From: Prasinococcaceae sp. CCMP 1430 | Lineage: Eukaryota; Plantae; Prasinodermophyta | NCBI GenBank assembly: GCA_013416795.1 | Contig: RQSC01000010.1 | Location: 211,949-275,948, forward strand | Direction of reading: 5' to 3' | Length of the DNA stretch: 64,000 nucleotides | Shown here: one piece after another, positions 45,922 to 58,076 of the stretch | Position numbering within the stretch: the first letter of the stretch is position 1 | Layout of the letters: every line of letters begins with the position of its first letter | Position numbers and translations under genes: made by a program | Notes under the pieces: model-generated | What the model was told of the DNA's origin: nothing | Database searches by the model: none | The model's input: only the letters and a program-made list of their open reading frames with translations

Positions 45922-48126
45922 TTAACCAAATTTACCACTCGTCGATGCAATTAGGAAAGATGCATATGTAAAGATAAATCCAACTCCGTAATGAGCTAAA
46001 CCTACTAAACGTGCTTGTAGAATTGATAATGCTACTGGTTTATCTTGCCAACGAATTAGGTTTGCAATTGGAGTACGTTCGTGTGCCCAAGCCAGAGTTT
46101 CAATAAGCTCTTGCCAGTAACCACGCCATGAAATTAGGAACATGAAACCAACTGCCCAGATTAAGTGTGCAAATAGGAATGTCCATGCCCATACAGATAA
46201 ACTGTTCATACCAAAAGCATTATAACCGTTAATTAATTGTGATGAGTTTAACCATAAGTAATCACGGAACCAACCTAATAAATATGTAGATGATTCATTA
46301 AATTGTGCAACATTTCCTTGCCATAACGTTAAATGCTTCCAATGCCAGTAATATGTTGTCCAAGCAATTGTATTTAACATCCAGAAAACTGCTAAATAGA
46401 ATGAATCCCATGCAGAAATATCACATGTTCCACCACGTCCAGGTCCATCACATGGGAAACTGTAACCAAAATCTTTTTTATCTGGCATAAGTTTAGAACC
46501 ACGTGCATCAAGAGCACCTTTTACTAGAATTAGTGTTGTAGTATGTAAACCTAGTGCAATTGCATGGTGAACTAAGAAATCACCAGGTCCAATTGTTAGG
46601 AATAATGAATTTGTTTTACTGTTAATCGCATTAAGCCATTCAGGTAACCAAATTCCTTTACTTGCAATTGCTGCTGGGTTCGTTGGTGATGATAAGAAGA
46701 ATTCAAATCCATAAGCTGTTTTACCATGAGCTGATTGTACAAATTGTGCAAATACTGGCTCAATTAAGATTTGTTTCTCTGGTGTACCGAAAGCTTGCAT
46801 TGCATCATTATGACAATATAATCCAAGCGTATGGAAACCTAAGAATAATGAAACCCAACTTAAATGTGAAATAATTGCTTCTTTATGTTCTAAAACACGG
46901 TATAACACGTTACCTTTGTTCTTTTCTGGATCGTAATCACGGATAAAGAAAATAGCACCGTGTGCAAAAGCACCACACATAATAAATCCAGCAATATACT
47001 GGTGATGAGTGTATAATGCAGCTTGTGTTGTGAAATCTTGTGCAATAAATGCGTACGCTGGTAAAGAGTACATATGCTGTGCAACCATTGAAGTAATGGT
47101 ACCTACAGATGCTAGAGCAAGCCCTAACTGCATATGTAATGAGTTATTTAGTGTATCATATAAACCCTTATGTCCTGTACCAAGTTCACCATCTGGTGGT
47201 GTGTGAGCATCAAGAATTTCCTGAATACTATGACCAATACCAAAGTTTGTACGGTACATATGACCCGCCACAATAAATACTACTGCAATAGCTAAATGGT
47301 GATGTGCCATATCTGTTAGCCATAAACTTTCAGTCTGTGGGTGGAAACCACCAATAAAGGTTAGGATAGCTGTACCAGCTCCTTCTGAAGTATTAAAGAT
47401 ATGTCCTGATGTATCCGGGTTTTGTGCATATACACCCCAGTTACCTGAGAAGAATGGTTTTAAACCTTCAGGGTGTGGTAAAGCTGTTAGGAAGTTACCC
47501 CAACGTACATGTTGACCACGAGATTCTGGAATTGCTACGTGTACTAAGTGTCCAGTCCATGCTAATGAACTAACACCAAAAAGTCCAGATAAGTGGTGGT
47601 TTAAACGAGACTCAGCATTTTTAAACCATGCTACGCCAGGTGTAAAACGTGGTTGTAAGTGTAACCATCCACCAAATAAAAATAGACCAGCTACAATTAA
47701 TAAGAAAATTGAACCTAAATATAGGTCCATGTTAGTACGCATACCAATTGTGTACCACCATTGGTAAACACCGGAATAACAAATGTTTACCGGTCCTAAA
47801 GCCCCACCTCGTGTGTAAGCGTTAATTGCTGATTCTCCAAAGTGTGGATCCCAAATTGCATGAGCAATCGGACGTACATGAAGTGGGTCAGCAACCCACT
47901 GTTCAAAATTACCTTGCCAAGCAACATGGAATAAGTTACCTGACGTCCATAAGAAAATGATTGCAAGTTGACCAAAATGAGAAGCAAAGATTTTACTATA
48001 TAAAAGTTCTTCACTCATTCCATCATGGCTCTCAAAGTCGTGAGCTGTTGCTACTCCGAACCATAAACGACGTGTCGTTGGATCTTGTGCTAGAGCTTGA
48101 CTGAATCGCGGAAATTTTTTCGCCAT
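45922..48126 (-). CDS. psaB: Photosystem I P700 apoprotein A2
   Basis: [22 protein letters not shown]; [15 protein letters not shown]; start reassigned to ATG 48126 behind GGAG. Confidence 0.99.
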   Translation of the reverse strand: MAKKFPRFSQALAQDPTTRRLWFGVATAHDFESHDGMSEELLYSKIFASHFGQLAIIFLWTSGNLFHVAWQGNFEQWVADPLHVRPIAHAIWDPHFGESAINAYTRGGALGPVNICYSGVYQWWYTIGMRTNMDLYLGSIFLLIVAGLFLFGGWLHLQPRFTPGVAWFKNAESRLNHHLSGLFGVSSLAWTGHLVHVAIPESRGQHVRWGNFLTALPHPEGLKPFFSGNWGVYAQNPDTSGHIFNTSEGAGTAILTFIGGFHPQTESLWLTDMAHHHLAIAVVFIVAGHMYRTNFGIGHSIQEILDAHTPPDGELGTGHKGLYDTLNNSLHMQLGLALASVGTITSMVAQHMYSLPAYAFIAQDFTTQAALYTHHQYIAGFIMCGAFAHGAIFFIRDYDPEKNKGNVLYRVLEHKEAIISHLSWVSLFLGFHTLGLYCHNDAMQAFGTPEKQILIEPVFAQFVQSAHGKTAYGFEFFLSSPTNPAAIASKGIWLPEWLNAINSKTNSLFLTIGPGDFLVHHAIALGLHTTTLILVKGALDARGSKLMPDKKDFGYSFPCDGPGRGGTCDISAWDSFYLAVFWMLNTIAWTTYYWHWKHLTLWQGNVAQFNESSTYLLGWFRDYLWLNSSQLINGYNAFGMNSLSVWAWTFLFAHLIWAVGFMFLISWRGYWQELIETLAWAHERTPIANLIRWQDKPVALSILQARLVGLAHYGVGFIFTYASFLIASTSGKFG

Positions 48127-48182
48127 TGTTTTCTCCAAATAATATTCGATATCGAAATCTAAATTGTTTCACTTTAGGAATT

Positions 48183-50438
48183 CTATCCAACTGCACAAAT
48201 ACGTGCTAAGAAGAATGCCCAAGTTGTACAAATTCCACCAAGTAAGTAATGTGCAACACCTACTGCACGACCTTGTGTAATACTTAATGCACGTGGTTGG
48301 ATTGCTGGAGCAACACGAAGTTTGTTATGTGCCCATACAATAGATTCAATTAATTCCTGCCAGTATCCACGTCCACTGAATAAGAACATTAAACTAAATG
48401 CCCAGATGAAGTGTGCAGCTAGGAATGTAAGTGAGTATGCAGAAAGTGCAGAACCATATGCCTGTAATACTTGTGATGATTGAGCCCATAAGAAATCACG
48501 TAGCCAACCATTAATAGTGTTTGCAGTTAATGCAAAGTTACCACCTGTAATATGTGAAATACCTTGATCTGTTACTGTTCCCCATACGTCAGATTGCATT
48601 TTCCAACTGAAGTGGAAAATATCAACAGAAATACAGTTATACATCCAGAATAGACCTAAGAATACATGATCCCAACCAGATACCTGACATGTACCACCAC
48701 GTCCAGGACCATCACATGGGAATCGGAAACCAAGATTTGCTTTATCTGGAATTAAACGTGAACTACGAGCAAAAAGTACACCTTTTAATAAAATTAACAC
48801 TGTTACATGAATAGTAAAAGCGTGAATATGGTGAACCATAAAGTCAGCAGTTCCTAATGGAATCGGCATCATTGCTACTTTTCCATTAATTGCGATTGTA
48901 TCACCACCCCAAACAGGGCTTGTGCCTAAAAGTGCATTTGGAGCTGTTAGATCTGGTGCACTCATATGTGTTTGTTGAACCCACTGTGCAAATACTGGCT
49001 GTAATTGTAACGCAGTATCTGAGAACATATCTTGTGGACGTCCTAATGCACTCATTGTATCATTATGGATGTATAAACCAAATGAATGGAATCCTAGGAA
49101 AATACATACCCAGTTTAAATGAGAAATAATAGCATCACGGTGACGAATCACACGGTCTAATACGTTGTTATAGTTATTTAATGGATCATAATCACGAACC
49201 ATAAAGATTGCCCCATGAGCCGCAGCACCACAAATACAGAATCCACCAATCCATGTATGGTGAGTAAATAGTGATAGCTGAGTTCCGTAATCAACAGCAA
49301 TATATGGGTAAGCTGGCATTGCATACATGTGGTGTGCAACAATAATACTTAAAGAACCAAATAATGCAAGGTTAATAGCAAGTTGTGCATGCCATGATGT
49401 TGTTAAAATTTCATATAGCCCTTTATGTCCGTTTCCAGTGAATGGTCCACGGTGAGCTTCAAGAATTTCTTTGAATGAGTGTCCAATACCCCAGTTTGTA
49501 CGGTACATGTGACCAGCAATAATAAATAATACTGCTACTGCTAAATGGTGGTGTGCAATATCTGTTAACCATAATGCACCTGTAACAGGGTTTAGACCAC
49601 CTTTAAACGTAAGGAAATCTCCGTATGCAGCCCAGTGCATTGTAAAGAATGGTGTTAATCCTTGAGCAAAACTTGGATATAGTTGTGCCATTAATTGACG
49701 GTCAAGTAGAAATTCGTGAGGTAATGGAATTTCTTTTGGATCAATACCAGCATCTAATAATAAGTTAATTGGTAAGGCTACATGAATCTGGTGACCTGCC
49801 CAAGCTAATGATCCTAATCCTAGTAATCCAGCAAGGTGGTGGTTCATCATAGATTCAACACTTTGGAACCATTCTAGCTTTGGTGCTGCTTTATGGTAGT
49901 GGAACCAACCAGCAAAGAACATTAGCCCTGCTAATACTAATCCGCCAATAGCAGTACTATATAGTTCAAGTTCCGTTGTAATTCCGCTTGCACGCCATAA
50001 CTGGAAAAATCCTGACGTAATTTGGATACCTTGGAAACCACCTCCAACATCACCATTTAAAACTTCTTGACCAACAATTGGCCATACAACTTGTGCACTT
50101 GGTTTGATGTTTGTTGGATCAGTTAACCAAGCTTCATAGTTTGAAAAACGTGCTCCGTGGAAATACATACCACTTAGCCAAATTAAGATGATTCCTAACT
50201 GACCGAAGTGAGCACTGAAAACTTTACGAGAAATATCTTCTAGATCGGTAGTGTGACTATCGAAATCGTGAGCATCAGCGTGTAAGTTCCAAACCCACGT
50301 AGTTGTAGTTGGACCTTTGGCTAACGTACGAGAAAAGTGTCCTGGTTTAGCCCACTTTTCAAACGATGTACTTACCGTGTTTGTATCAACAAGAATTTTA
50401 ATTTTTTTTGCTTCATGCTTTGGTGGACGAATTGTCAT
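48183..50438 (-). CDS. psaA: Photosystem I P700 apoprotein A1
   Basis: [13 protein letters not shown]; [15 protein letters not shown]; contiguous (not trans-spliced); ATG at 50438. Confidence 0.99.
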   Translation of the reverse strand: MTIRPPKHEAKKIKILVDTNTVSTSFEKWAKPGHFSRTLAKGPTTTTWVWNLHADAHDFDSHTTDLEDISRKVFSAHFGQLGIILIWLSGMYFHGARFSNYEAWLTDPTNIKPSAQVVWPIVGQEVLNGDVGGGFQGIQITSGFFQLWRASGITTELELYSTAIGGLVLAGLMFFAGWFHYHKAAPKLEWFQSVESMMNHHLAGLLGLGSLAWAGHQIHVALPINLLLDAGIDPKEIPLPHEFLLDRQLMAQLYPSFAQGLTPFFTMHWAAYGDFLTFKGGLNPVTGALWLTDIAHHHLAVAVLFIIAGHMYRTNWGIGHSFKEILEAHRGPFTGNGHKGLYEILTTSWHAQLAINLALFGSLSIIVAHHMYAMPAYPYIAVDYGTQLSLFTHHTWIGGFCICGAAAHGAIFMVRDYDPLNNYNNVLDRVIRHRDAIISHLNWVCIFLGFHSFGLYIHNDTMSALGRPQDMFSDTALQLQPVFAQWVQQTHMSAPDLTAPNALLGTSPVWGGDTIAINGKVAMMPIPLGTADFMVHHIHAFTIHVTVLILLKGVLFARSSRLIPDKANLGFRFPCDGPGRGGTCQVSGWDHVFLGLFWMYNCISVDIFHFSWKMQSDVWGTVTDQGISHITGGNFALTANTINGWLRDFLWAQSSQVLQAYGSALSAYSLTFLAAHFIWAFSLMFLFSGRGYWQELIESIVWAHNKLRVAPAIQPRALSITQGRAVGVAHYLLGGICTTWAFFLARICAVG

Positions 50439-50715
50439 CAAGCATCTCCTATATTCTAATAATAATTATTTGCTGTCATAGAATGACACCAATTTTAGTT
50501 CATATGTTTTATTAATATGAAAATTCTTCTTAGCTGTTTTAAAAGAAATATACTTTCTTTCTGTAAAAAGTATATCATTCTTTAAATATATAAGAGGGAC
50601 CAATAATTCGCATAAATTACATTTTCTATATATTTGGTTTATTTAATAGTTACTCTATGATCATGATATAACCTATACATATATAACGAATGCTTTAGTT
50701 TAAGGAAACAAAATT

Positions 50716-52245
50716 ATGAAATTAGCTTATTGGATGTATATGGGGCCAGCTCATATTGGGACATTACGCATTGTTAGCTCATTTAAAAATATGCATGCTT
50801 TAATGCATGCCCCATTAGGTGATGATTATTTTAATGTTATGAATTCAATGTTAGAACGTGAACGTGATTTTACACCAGTTACTACTAGCGTCGTAAATCG
50901 CCATGTTCTTGCTCAAGGTTCCCAAGACCGTGTTTTAAATAATATTTGTAGAAAAGATCGTGAAGAAAGTCCAGATTTAATTGTCGTAACCCCTACGTGT
51001 ACCTCAAGTATTTTACAAGAAGATTTAAAAAATTTTATTGAACGTGCATCAATTTCAACTTCATCAAATATCTTATTAGCAGATGTAAATCATTATCGTA
51101 TTAATGAATTTCAAGCAGTTGATAAAACATTACAGCAAATTGTTGAATATTTTTGTAATTCAGAAACTATTTCATCAGTTGAAAAAACTGAGGAGCCGTC
51201 GGTTAATTTAATTGGATTTGTTGCCCTTGGGTTTCATTCAACACATGACTATCAAGAATTACAACGAATTTTAAAATCTTTAAATATTAAAATTAATGTT
51301 ATTTTACCTGAAAAATGTACAGTAGAACAGTTAAAAACATTGCCAAAGGCGTGGTTTAATATTGTTCCTTACCGTGAGGTTGGTTTGATGACGGCCAAAT
51401 ATTTAGAAAGAAATTGGAATATGCCTTATGTTTCAACGATCCCATTAGGGCTAGTTGAAACAGGTAAATGGGTAAAAAATATCGAATCATTATTAAATAC
51501 TTCGTCTTTATGTAAATCCAAGGTTAATTTTACTTCTTTTGTTCAAAAACAAACTTTTTTTATCTCACAAGCTGCTTGGTTTTCGCGCTCAATTGATTGC
51601 CAAAATTTAACAGGAAAAAGGGCTGTGGTTTTTGGTGATGCAACTCATGCTTCTACAATAACCAAAGTTCTAGCTCGTGAGATGGGGATTTTTGTCGCTT
51701 GTTCTGGTACATATTGTATTCATGATAATTTATGGTTTACTGAACAAATTCAAGGTTTCTGTGATGAAATTATTATTACAAATGATCATGCACAAATTTG
51801 TGAAATGATTGAACGTATTGATCCAACAGCAATTTTTGGTACTCAAATGGAACGTCATGTTGGAAAACGATTAAATATTCCATGTGGGGTGATTTCATCA
51901 CCTGTTCATATTCAAAATTTCTCTCTTGGTTATAGACCATTTTTAGGGTATGAAGGAACAAATCAAATTGCAGATATTGTTTATAATTCTTTCACATTAG
52001 GAATGGAAGATCATTTATTAGAGATCTTTGGTGGTCATGATACAAAACTAACTAGTCCGGTTACTTCTGAAACAGATATTAAATGGGATTCGGAGGCACA
52101 AGAAGAGTTAAACCACATTCCAGGATTTGTTCGTAAAAAAGTTCAAATAAATACTGAGCGTTATGCGAAAACTTTAGGAGTAAATTTAATTACACTTGAT
52201 ACTTTTTATTCTGCAAAAGAAAATTTAGAATCTCAAAAATCGTAA
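50716..52245 (+). CDS. chlB: Light-independent protochlorophyllide reductase subunit B
   Basis: [51 protein letters not shown]. Confidence 0.98.
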   Translation: MKLAYWMYMGPAHIGTLRIVSSFKNMHALMHAPLGDDYFNVMNSMLERERDFTPVTTSVVNRHVLAQGSQDRVLNNICRKDREESPDLIVVTPTCTSSILQEDLKNFIERASISTSSNILLADVNHYRINEFQAVDKTLQQIVEYFCNSETISSVEKTEEPSVNLIGFVALGFHSTHDYQELQRILKSLNIKINVILPEKCTVEQLKTLPKAWFNIVPYREVGLMTAKYLERNWNMPYVSTIPLGLVETGKWVKNIESLLNTSSLCKSKVNFTSFVQKQTFFISQAAWFSRSIDCQNLTGKRAVVFGDATHASTITKVLAREMGIFVACSGTYCIHDNLWFTEQIQGFCDEIIITNDHAQICEMIERIDPTAIFGTQMERHVGKRLNIPCGVISSPVHIQNFSLGYRPFLGYEGTNQIADIVYNSFTLGMEDHLLEIFGGHDTKLTSPVTSETDIKWDSEAQEELNHIPGFVRKKVQINTERYAKTLGVNLITLDTFYSAKENLESQKS

Positions 52246-52350
52246 TTTTTTATATTATTTTCTTATCAAATTTTATGTAGAAAACTTTATTTGAGTCTTT
52301 TTTTTTGTTATACTATATTTAGAGAAGTATTAAATTACTTCTCTAAAGAT

Positions 52351-52422
52351 GCCACGGTCGCCTAAGGGATGGGCATCAACCTTCTAAGTTGTCGTGTGTA
52401 GGTTCGAATCCTATCCGTGGTA
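52351..52422 (+). tRNA. trnR: tRNA-Arg(UCU)
   Basis: GCCACGG/CCGTGGT acceptor stem, CTTCTAA loop, GGTTCGAATCC. Confidence 0.88.
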
Positions 52423-52435
52423 ATGCTTTTTTATA

Positions 52436-52465
52436 TTGGACGTTTTGAATATTTTATGGTATAAT
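52436..52465 (+). promoter_or_regulatory. Promoter for trnH and possibly the downstream orf122-ftsI unit
   Basis: TTGGAC-18 nt-TATAAT with a TG extension. Confidence 0.55.
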
Positions 52466-52482
52466 AAAAGTATAAATAAAGT

Positions 52483-52558
52483 GGCGGGCGTCGCCAAGTG
52501 GTAAGGCAATGGATTGTGACTCCATTATTCGCGGGTTCGATCCCCGTCGTTCGCCCCA
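52483..52558 (+). tRNA. trnH: tRNA-His(GUG) with encoded G-1 and apparent encoded CCA
   Basis: G-GCGGGCG...TTGTGAC loop...CGTTCGC-C-CCA. Confidence 0.95.
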
Positions 52559-52584
52559 TTTTCGTTGTTTTTTTTTGTATTAAT

Positions 52585-52953
52585 ATGAAAAGAATTTTTT
52601 TTTTCAATTCGTTTTATTATTTACAATTAATATCTATTATTATTTTGATCAGTAGTTTATTTACGTGTAAACTTTATATAAGTAGTCAAACGCAAATTAA
52701 AAAAGCCTATTTACGATTAGAAACGCTTAATCATTATTCACATTTTTTAATGCTTGAAGCTAATTTAGTTGAATTTAAGAATTTAAATATGTCTAAAGCT
52801 AGTAATTTATATTCTTTTTATTGGGCTGAGTATAACACGATTCCCTTATTACCCGTATCTGAGAAAACTACTAAACCTTTTAGCAGCTTAACAAAAGATT
52901 TTGACCGAACTCATAATCAATATTCAATGTATGTATGGCCGCTATTTAATTAA
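52585..52953 (+). CDS. orf122: single-pass membrane coiled-coil protein, candidate FtsL-like divisome subunit
   Basis: ATG 26 nt after trnH (the ORF-track GTG start lies inside the tRNA). Short N-tail, hydrophobic segment at about residues 11-32, heptad-patterned region, LMLEAN motif. Ends 50 bp before ftsI on the same strand. Confidence 0.6.
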   Translation: MKRIFFFNSFYYLQLISIIILISSLFTCKLYISSQTQIKKAYLRLETLNHYSHFLMLEANLVEFKNLNMSKASNLYSFYWAEYNTIPLLPVSEKTTKPFSSLTKDFDRTHNQYSMYVWPLFN

Positions 52954-53003
52954 TAAAGTAATTTGTAATGTTAAAGTAAATAAAAAAATTTCTACTCATT
53001 ATT

Positions 53004-54680
53004 ATGAGGACTATTTTTTATAATCGCTTTCAATTTTTATCGTATTTTTTTTTTTCTTGTTATCTAATAATTGTTTTTCGTCTTTTTAGTCTTACTTTTT
53101 TTTCGAAATTAACACAACAAATTTCTCAACCATCTGGGTTACCTAAAAAAGCTTTCTCTCGTCGTATTATCTGTGATACTTATAAAATTCCTTTGGCTTT
53201 TGATCAATCGACGTATGATATTTATGTATATCCAGCGGCAGCGAATGGACATTTTTTAGAAATTAGTCGTAAATTAGCACCGGTTTTGGAATGTCAACCA
53301 TTAGCTTTATATGATTTTTTATCACGTCAATCTAATTATACGCCACTAATTTTTAATCTACATCCCAATAAAGCGCAACGTATTAAAGCCTATAACGTTC
53401 CAGGTATTGATATTTTAGTTAAGTCTTCTCGTATTTACCCTTATAAAGAATTAGTAGCTAATTGTATTGGTTATGTTAATTCAACTAATCAAGGTTTATC
53501 AGGGATTGAACAAAGTTGTAATTTTATTGTCCAAAATATAAGTTCAGTTTCAAATTATTCGATTATTTCAAATTTAGTTTGGTTACAGACCTCTTTGGAT
53601 ATTCGTTTACAACGTCAATTTTCTTCCATTTTAAAGGAAGGCTTAGAATTAGTGTCTGCAAAGCGTGGTCTAGGTGTTGTATTAGATTGTTATTCTGGTG
53701 CGATTAAAGCTTTAAGTATTTTCCCTCAGTTTAACCCATATAAGTACACAGAAACCCCTATGGCTATTTTAAATCCATGGCCAATTTTAGAATTGTATGA
53801 ACCCGGTTCTACTTTTAAACCTATTAATTTAGCCATTGCTTTAGAATCAAATGTTATTAATTCGAAAACAGTAATAGTGGATGAAGGGTGTATTAAAACA
53901 AAAAGTTCATATTTTTTTAATGCTACTTCTTCTCAAGAACAATTTATTCGTTCACAACCAAATATTTTAACATTAGAAACCTTAGTGGCTCGTTCTAGTA
54001 ATATTGGTTTAATTCATATTATGAGTCGATTAAGTCCTTTAGTGTATTATAAGTGGTTAAAGTATTTAAATATTTCACCTTTGAACTCGTTTAATATGAA
54101 TTTACCTTATGAAAATCACGTAAATTTACCATTTCAAAGAGAATTTATTAAAACACCAGAAACAGCTTTATTTTTTGCTTTAGGGCATGGTTTTTCATTA
54201 ACCCCATTTCAGTTACTTCATATTTATACAAGCTTATTTAATCAGGGAAAACCAGTACAACCATTTTTAGTTAAAAAATTTGTATTAGCTCCTAATACTT
54301 TTTTAAAGACTTCTTCAAATTTGGACCAACAAAGTTTCCACGATCAAAATCGGGTATTCTCAGTACGTACCTGTGGGTTTTTATTGCGTTTATTAGAAGA
54401 AGTAATTGAATATGGAACAGCTCAAAAAGGAGCATTTTCAGATTATCGTTTAGCGGGTAAGACTGGAACTTCTGTTTATACTTTACAAAGCAAACGTCGT
54501 TTAACTAGTTTTTTAATTGCTTATCCATCCCCGAGTCCCCAATATATTTGTTTCTTATTACTGGACTTAGATCCACGATCAAATCAACAAAGTTCGACGA
54601 CAGCGGTACCTTTACTTAAAGCACTTTTAGATATTTTAGTTCAAATTTCCTGTCTTTCCCCGGTACTATCTGCTAAATAA
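53004..54680 (+). CDS. ftsI: Class B penicillin-binding protein (peptidoglycan transpeptidase) FtsI
   Basis: N-terminal TM; RRIICD..K.PLA, RIYP....A..IGY, G.SGIE and SLD.RLQ pedestal motifs; catalytic STFK (53808-53819), SSN (53994-54002) and KTG (54459-54467). Confidence 0.94.
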   Translation: MRTIFYNRFQFLSYFFFSCYLIIVFRLFSLTFFSKLTQQISQPSGLPKKAFSRRIICDTYKIPLAFDQSTYDIYVYPAAANGHFLEISRKLAPVLECQPLALYDFLSRQSNYTPLIFNLHPNKAQRIKAYNVPGIDILVKSSRIYPYKELVANCIGYVNSTNQGLSGIEQSCNFIVQNISSVSNYSIISNLVWLQTSLDIRLQRQFSSILKEGLELVSAKRGLGVVLDCYSGAIKALSIFPQFNPYKYTETPMAILNPWPILELYEPGSTFKPINLAIALESNVINSKTVIVDEGCIKTKSSYFFNATSSQEQFIRSQPNILTLETLVARSSNIGLIHIMSRLSPLVYYKWLKYLNISPLNSFNMNLPYENHVNLPFQREFIKTPETALFFALGHGFSLTPFQLLHIYTSLFNQGKPVQPFLVKKFVLAPNTFLKTSSNLDQQSFHDQNRVFSVRTCGFLLRLLEEVIEYGTAQKGAFSDYRLAGKTGTSVYTLQSKRRLTSFLIAYPSPSPQYICFLLLDLDPRSNQQSSTTAVPLLKALLDILVQISCLSPVLSAK

Positions 54681-54841
54681 AAAGAATTTTATTTGTAATA
54701 CTAGATAAATTTTGCGTTCTTTGTTATACTATATTCTATAAAACTATACGTTGGAACATCTGTATGATTTATGTATGCTTTTTTATTAGCAACATAAATA
54801 AAAAGACAAAATCAATTTACTTATATTTTTGGAGTTATTCT

Positions 54842-55266
<425 letters not shown>

Positions 55267-55301
55267 ACATATAAAATTTTATTTACAGGAGTATATAATC
55301 T

Positions 55302-55418
55302 ATGTCTGGACCGAATCCAAATAAGCAAGTTGTTGAGCTTAACCGAACTAGTCTTTATTGGGGACTACTTTGTATTTTCGTTTTAGGTATTTTATTCTCA
55401 AGTTATTTCTTTAACTAA
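55302..55418 (+). CDS. psbL: Photosystem II protein L
   Basis: Hand translation [38 protein letters not shown]. Confidence 0.98.
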   Translation: MSGPNPNKQVVELNRTSLYWGLLCIFVLGILFSSYFFN

Positions 55419-55519
55419 TGAAGTTAAGATATTTAAAAAAGTAAACAGCTTTATAAAAAAATAAGTATACTTATTTTTTCTTTATTACAAAATAAAAATA
55501 ACAAACAGGAGAAGGAAAT

Positions 55520-55648
55520 ATGGCAAATACTGGTACAACGGGACGAATCCCATTATGGCTTGTTGGTACGGCTGCAGGACTAGCAGCAATTACACTTGCG
55601 GGTGTCTTCTTTTATGGTTCGTACACTGGACTAGGTTCTTCGTTATAA
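55520..55648 (+). CDS. psbJ: Photosystem II protein J
   Basis: Hand translation [17 protein letters not shown]...[13 protein letters not shown]. Confidence 0.98.
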   Translation: MANTGTTGRIPLWLVGTAAGLAAITLAGVFFYGSYTGLGSSL

Positions 55649-55699
55649 ATCTATATTATTTAGGTGTAAACGTTTTTTGACCCTAGACTATTCGTGGAC

Positions 55700-55739
55700 A
55701 AATACTTAGTGTTTTGACTTATCAAAACACTAAGTATTT
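55700..55739. terminator. Hairpin between convergent psbJ and rps4
   Basis: 18-bp perfect arms with a 4-nt loop. Confidence 0.7.
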
Positions 55740-55811
55740 TTTTAATTTAATAAATTTTATTAATTTAAGATACATTAAATTACTTTAATGTACCTTAAAA
55801 AAAAATCATTT

Positions 55812-56468
55812 TTATAGTTTACGTGAATAAAATTCAACAACTAAAAGCTCATTAATATTTAATAACACTGAAGAGCGTGCTGCAAATCCTAAAACCGTTC
55901 CTTTATTGGTTTGATCATCCCAACTAAGGTGCGTTTGAGAGTTATTAATTTTAATAGCTCCGCCATTATTTTCTTTAGCAGTTTGTAAAAATTTATCAGT
56001 TAAAAAACTAATATTTTCACCTGGTTGACATTGGTAACTTGGAATCGTTACTTTTTTACCATTAACACGAATATGCCCGTGATTAATTAATTGACGTGCG
56101 CTTGGAATTGTTGGAGCTAAACCAAAATTAAAGACAATCGTGTCTAAACGCATTTCTAATTGTTGTAATAATGCAAAACCAGTTGCTTCTTTTGAACGTA
56201 AAGCAACTTTTACATATTGCACTAACTGTTTTTCAGTAATCCCATAATTATAACGTAACTTTTGCTTTTCTAATAGACGTTGGCCATAATCAGAACGCTT
56301 TTTACGAACAAGCATAGCACCATGTTGACCAGGTCCTACTTGTTTTTTGGGTACTTTTGTTGAAAATCCTGGAAGAATTTGTCCATTTCCAGTTGTAGTT
56401 TGTGAACGATTAGCTCGTTCGATAAATTTACGTAAAACTTTTACTCGAGGACCTCGATAACGTGACAT
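55812..56468 (-). CDS. rps4: Ribosomal protein S4
   Basis: [47 protein letters not shown]. Confidence 0.98.
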   Translation of the reverse strand: MSRYRGPRVKVLRKFIERANRSQTTTGNGQILPGFSTKVPKKQVGPGQHGAMLVRKKRSDYGQRLLEKQKLRYNYGITEKQLVQYVKVALRSKEATGFALLQQLEMRLDTIVFNFGLAPTIPSARQLINHGHIRVNGKKVTIPSYQCQPGENISFLTDKFLQTAKENNGGAIKINNSQTHLSWDDQTNKGTVLGFAARSSVLLNINELLVVEFYSRKL

Positions 56469-56549
56469 ATAATTAATTGTTTATGTTTCATACCTAGTAA
56501 ATCATCTATTTTTAAACTAGTTTAATTATACCATAAATATTTGTATAAT

Positions 56550-57764
56550 TTATTTTACATTTGGTTTATTTGGGTAATATATTTTTGTTGGAAATGAACT
56601 CATATATTTTTCTGGACGAGTCATTGTTTCCTGTAAAAATTGAGCATTTAATAAAGATGTTTTTGTTTTTACTTCAGGAAGAAAATATGAGAATTTTAGG
56701 AATCCAGCATGAGTTTTAGATTCATAAAACTTTTTAACTGCATAACTACGTCCTTCACTCAAACTTTTATTTTTAGAATCTTGCGAGTTATCTGTTTGTC
56801 CTTGACGGTCATATAAATATAATACACGAACGAAACCATTTAACCACATCGGTTTACTCGCACGTGAGTTTTGATGCCAAATACGGCTCGAATTTGTACG
56901 AACTGGGTTATCAGCATAAATATTATATAATTGACCATTAATTAGTGGATAAATATTTTGTAACTCTTCACGTTTCTTTTCAAATTTGGACCCAGTTTTT
57001 CGATTTTGTTTTACTGTTGTCCATGGGTTTGATTGGCGTTTCTTTAACATATAAAGTTTAACTTTTCTATAAGGCATTAAACGTGATAAAGATTTTCCAA
57101 CTTTTCTTTCAGGTTTTGGTTTATATAAATTTTTTGGTGTAAAGAAAAATGTATGACTACTACGCCATGGGTAACGTCCAAAAGTATAAAGTAATAAACT
57201 AATACTTAAGATACGAATTCCAAGTTCAATATTTTTCAGAATACTTGTTGAACTTAACATTGGGAATAATACATTAATAAATTCACTCCCTAAAAGCAGT
57301 ATGATATTAAAAGAATAATTAATAATAAAGCCACTACCTGCAATTTGTAAAAATGTTATAATGTTAGCTTCATTTGTATTCGTTAAAAATAGAAAACGCG
57401 AGCTTTCTAAAAAAACCATTGGATTTGCTAATGTTAAGAATCCAAATAATAATAGATTTTCTATTCCTTTAGTAATAGAAAAAGTATTTTGTTTTTGTAG
57501 GGGTTGTTTTAGAATATATCCACAAACAATAAGACTTAATAAAAATAAAATAGGTAAAGATTGTAACCAAGACTCTAAAAAAGGGACCCAACCAAGGGAA
57601 ACACTTAGATATAATAAGATTTGACTACAAGCAATTCCAATATAACAGAAAATTACTTGTGTTGAGCCAATAATAAAACTATAATAAAGGGCTAATAACC
57701 CAATAATCGAGATTGGACTCGTTAAATAAATATTGCTGAAAATAATTTCAATTGGGTTTATCAT
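56550..57764 (-). CDS. ycf1: Compact Ycf1 (TIC214-like)
   Basis: Multi-TM N-terminal half with ALYYSF, SQILLYLS, LANPMVF and LLYTFGRYP segments matching the Ycf1 TM-domain pattern by eye; basic soluble C-terminal half. Confidence 0.68.
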   Translation of the reverse strand: MINPIEIIFSNIYLTSPISIIGLLALYYSFIIGSTQVIFCYIGIACSQILLYLSVSLGWVPFLESWLQSLPILFLLSLIVCGYILKQPLQKQNTFSITKGIENLLLFGFLTLANPMVFLESSRFLFLTNTNEANIITFLQIAGSGFIINYSFNIILLLGSEFINVLFPMLSSTSILKNIELGIRILSISLLLYTFGRYPWRSSHTFFFTPKNLYKPKPERKVGKSLSRLMPYRKVKLYMLKKRQSNPWTTVKQNRKTGSKFEKKREELQNIYPLINGQLYNIYADNPVRTNSSRIWHQNSRASKPMWLNGFVRVLYLYDRQGQTDNSQDSKNKSLSEGRSYAVKKFYESKTHAGFLKFSYFLPEVKTKTSLLNAQFLQETMTRPEKYMSSFPTKIYYPNKPNVK

Positions 57765-57861
57765 ATTTAATGTTTGTAAACTATAGATTTAGATTAATAA
57801 AAATGGTACCACAGTCTACGAAAAAAATGCAATGTGTTTTATTAGTATAAGAAAAAAGTTA

Positions 57862-57935
57862 AGCCTACTATCGGATTCGAACCGATGACCTGCGGTTTAC
57901 AAGACCGCTGCTACTACCAACTGAGCTAAGCAGGC
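57862..57935 (-). tRNA. trnT: tRNA-Thr(UGU)
   Basis: GCCTGCT/AGTAGGC acceptor stem, CTTGTAA loop; one extra base in the D-arm. Confidence 0.9.
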
Positions 57936-58014
57936 ATTTTTATTACTTAAATATATAATACCATAATTTACTCTTTTACGTCTATATAATTCTCCTTACT
58001 CTTTTGATTTATAA

Positions 58015-58043
58015 TTGACTTTTTACAAGTCATTTGTTATAAT
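58015..58043 (+). promoter_or_regulatory. sigma70-type promoter for rpl20
   Basis: TTGACT-17 nt-TATAAT with a TG extension. Confidence 0.7.
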
Positions 58044-58076
58044 TTTAATTATAAAATTATAGTAATAGTATTTTCT

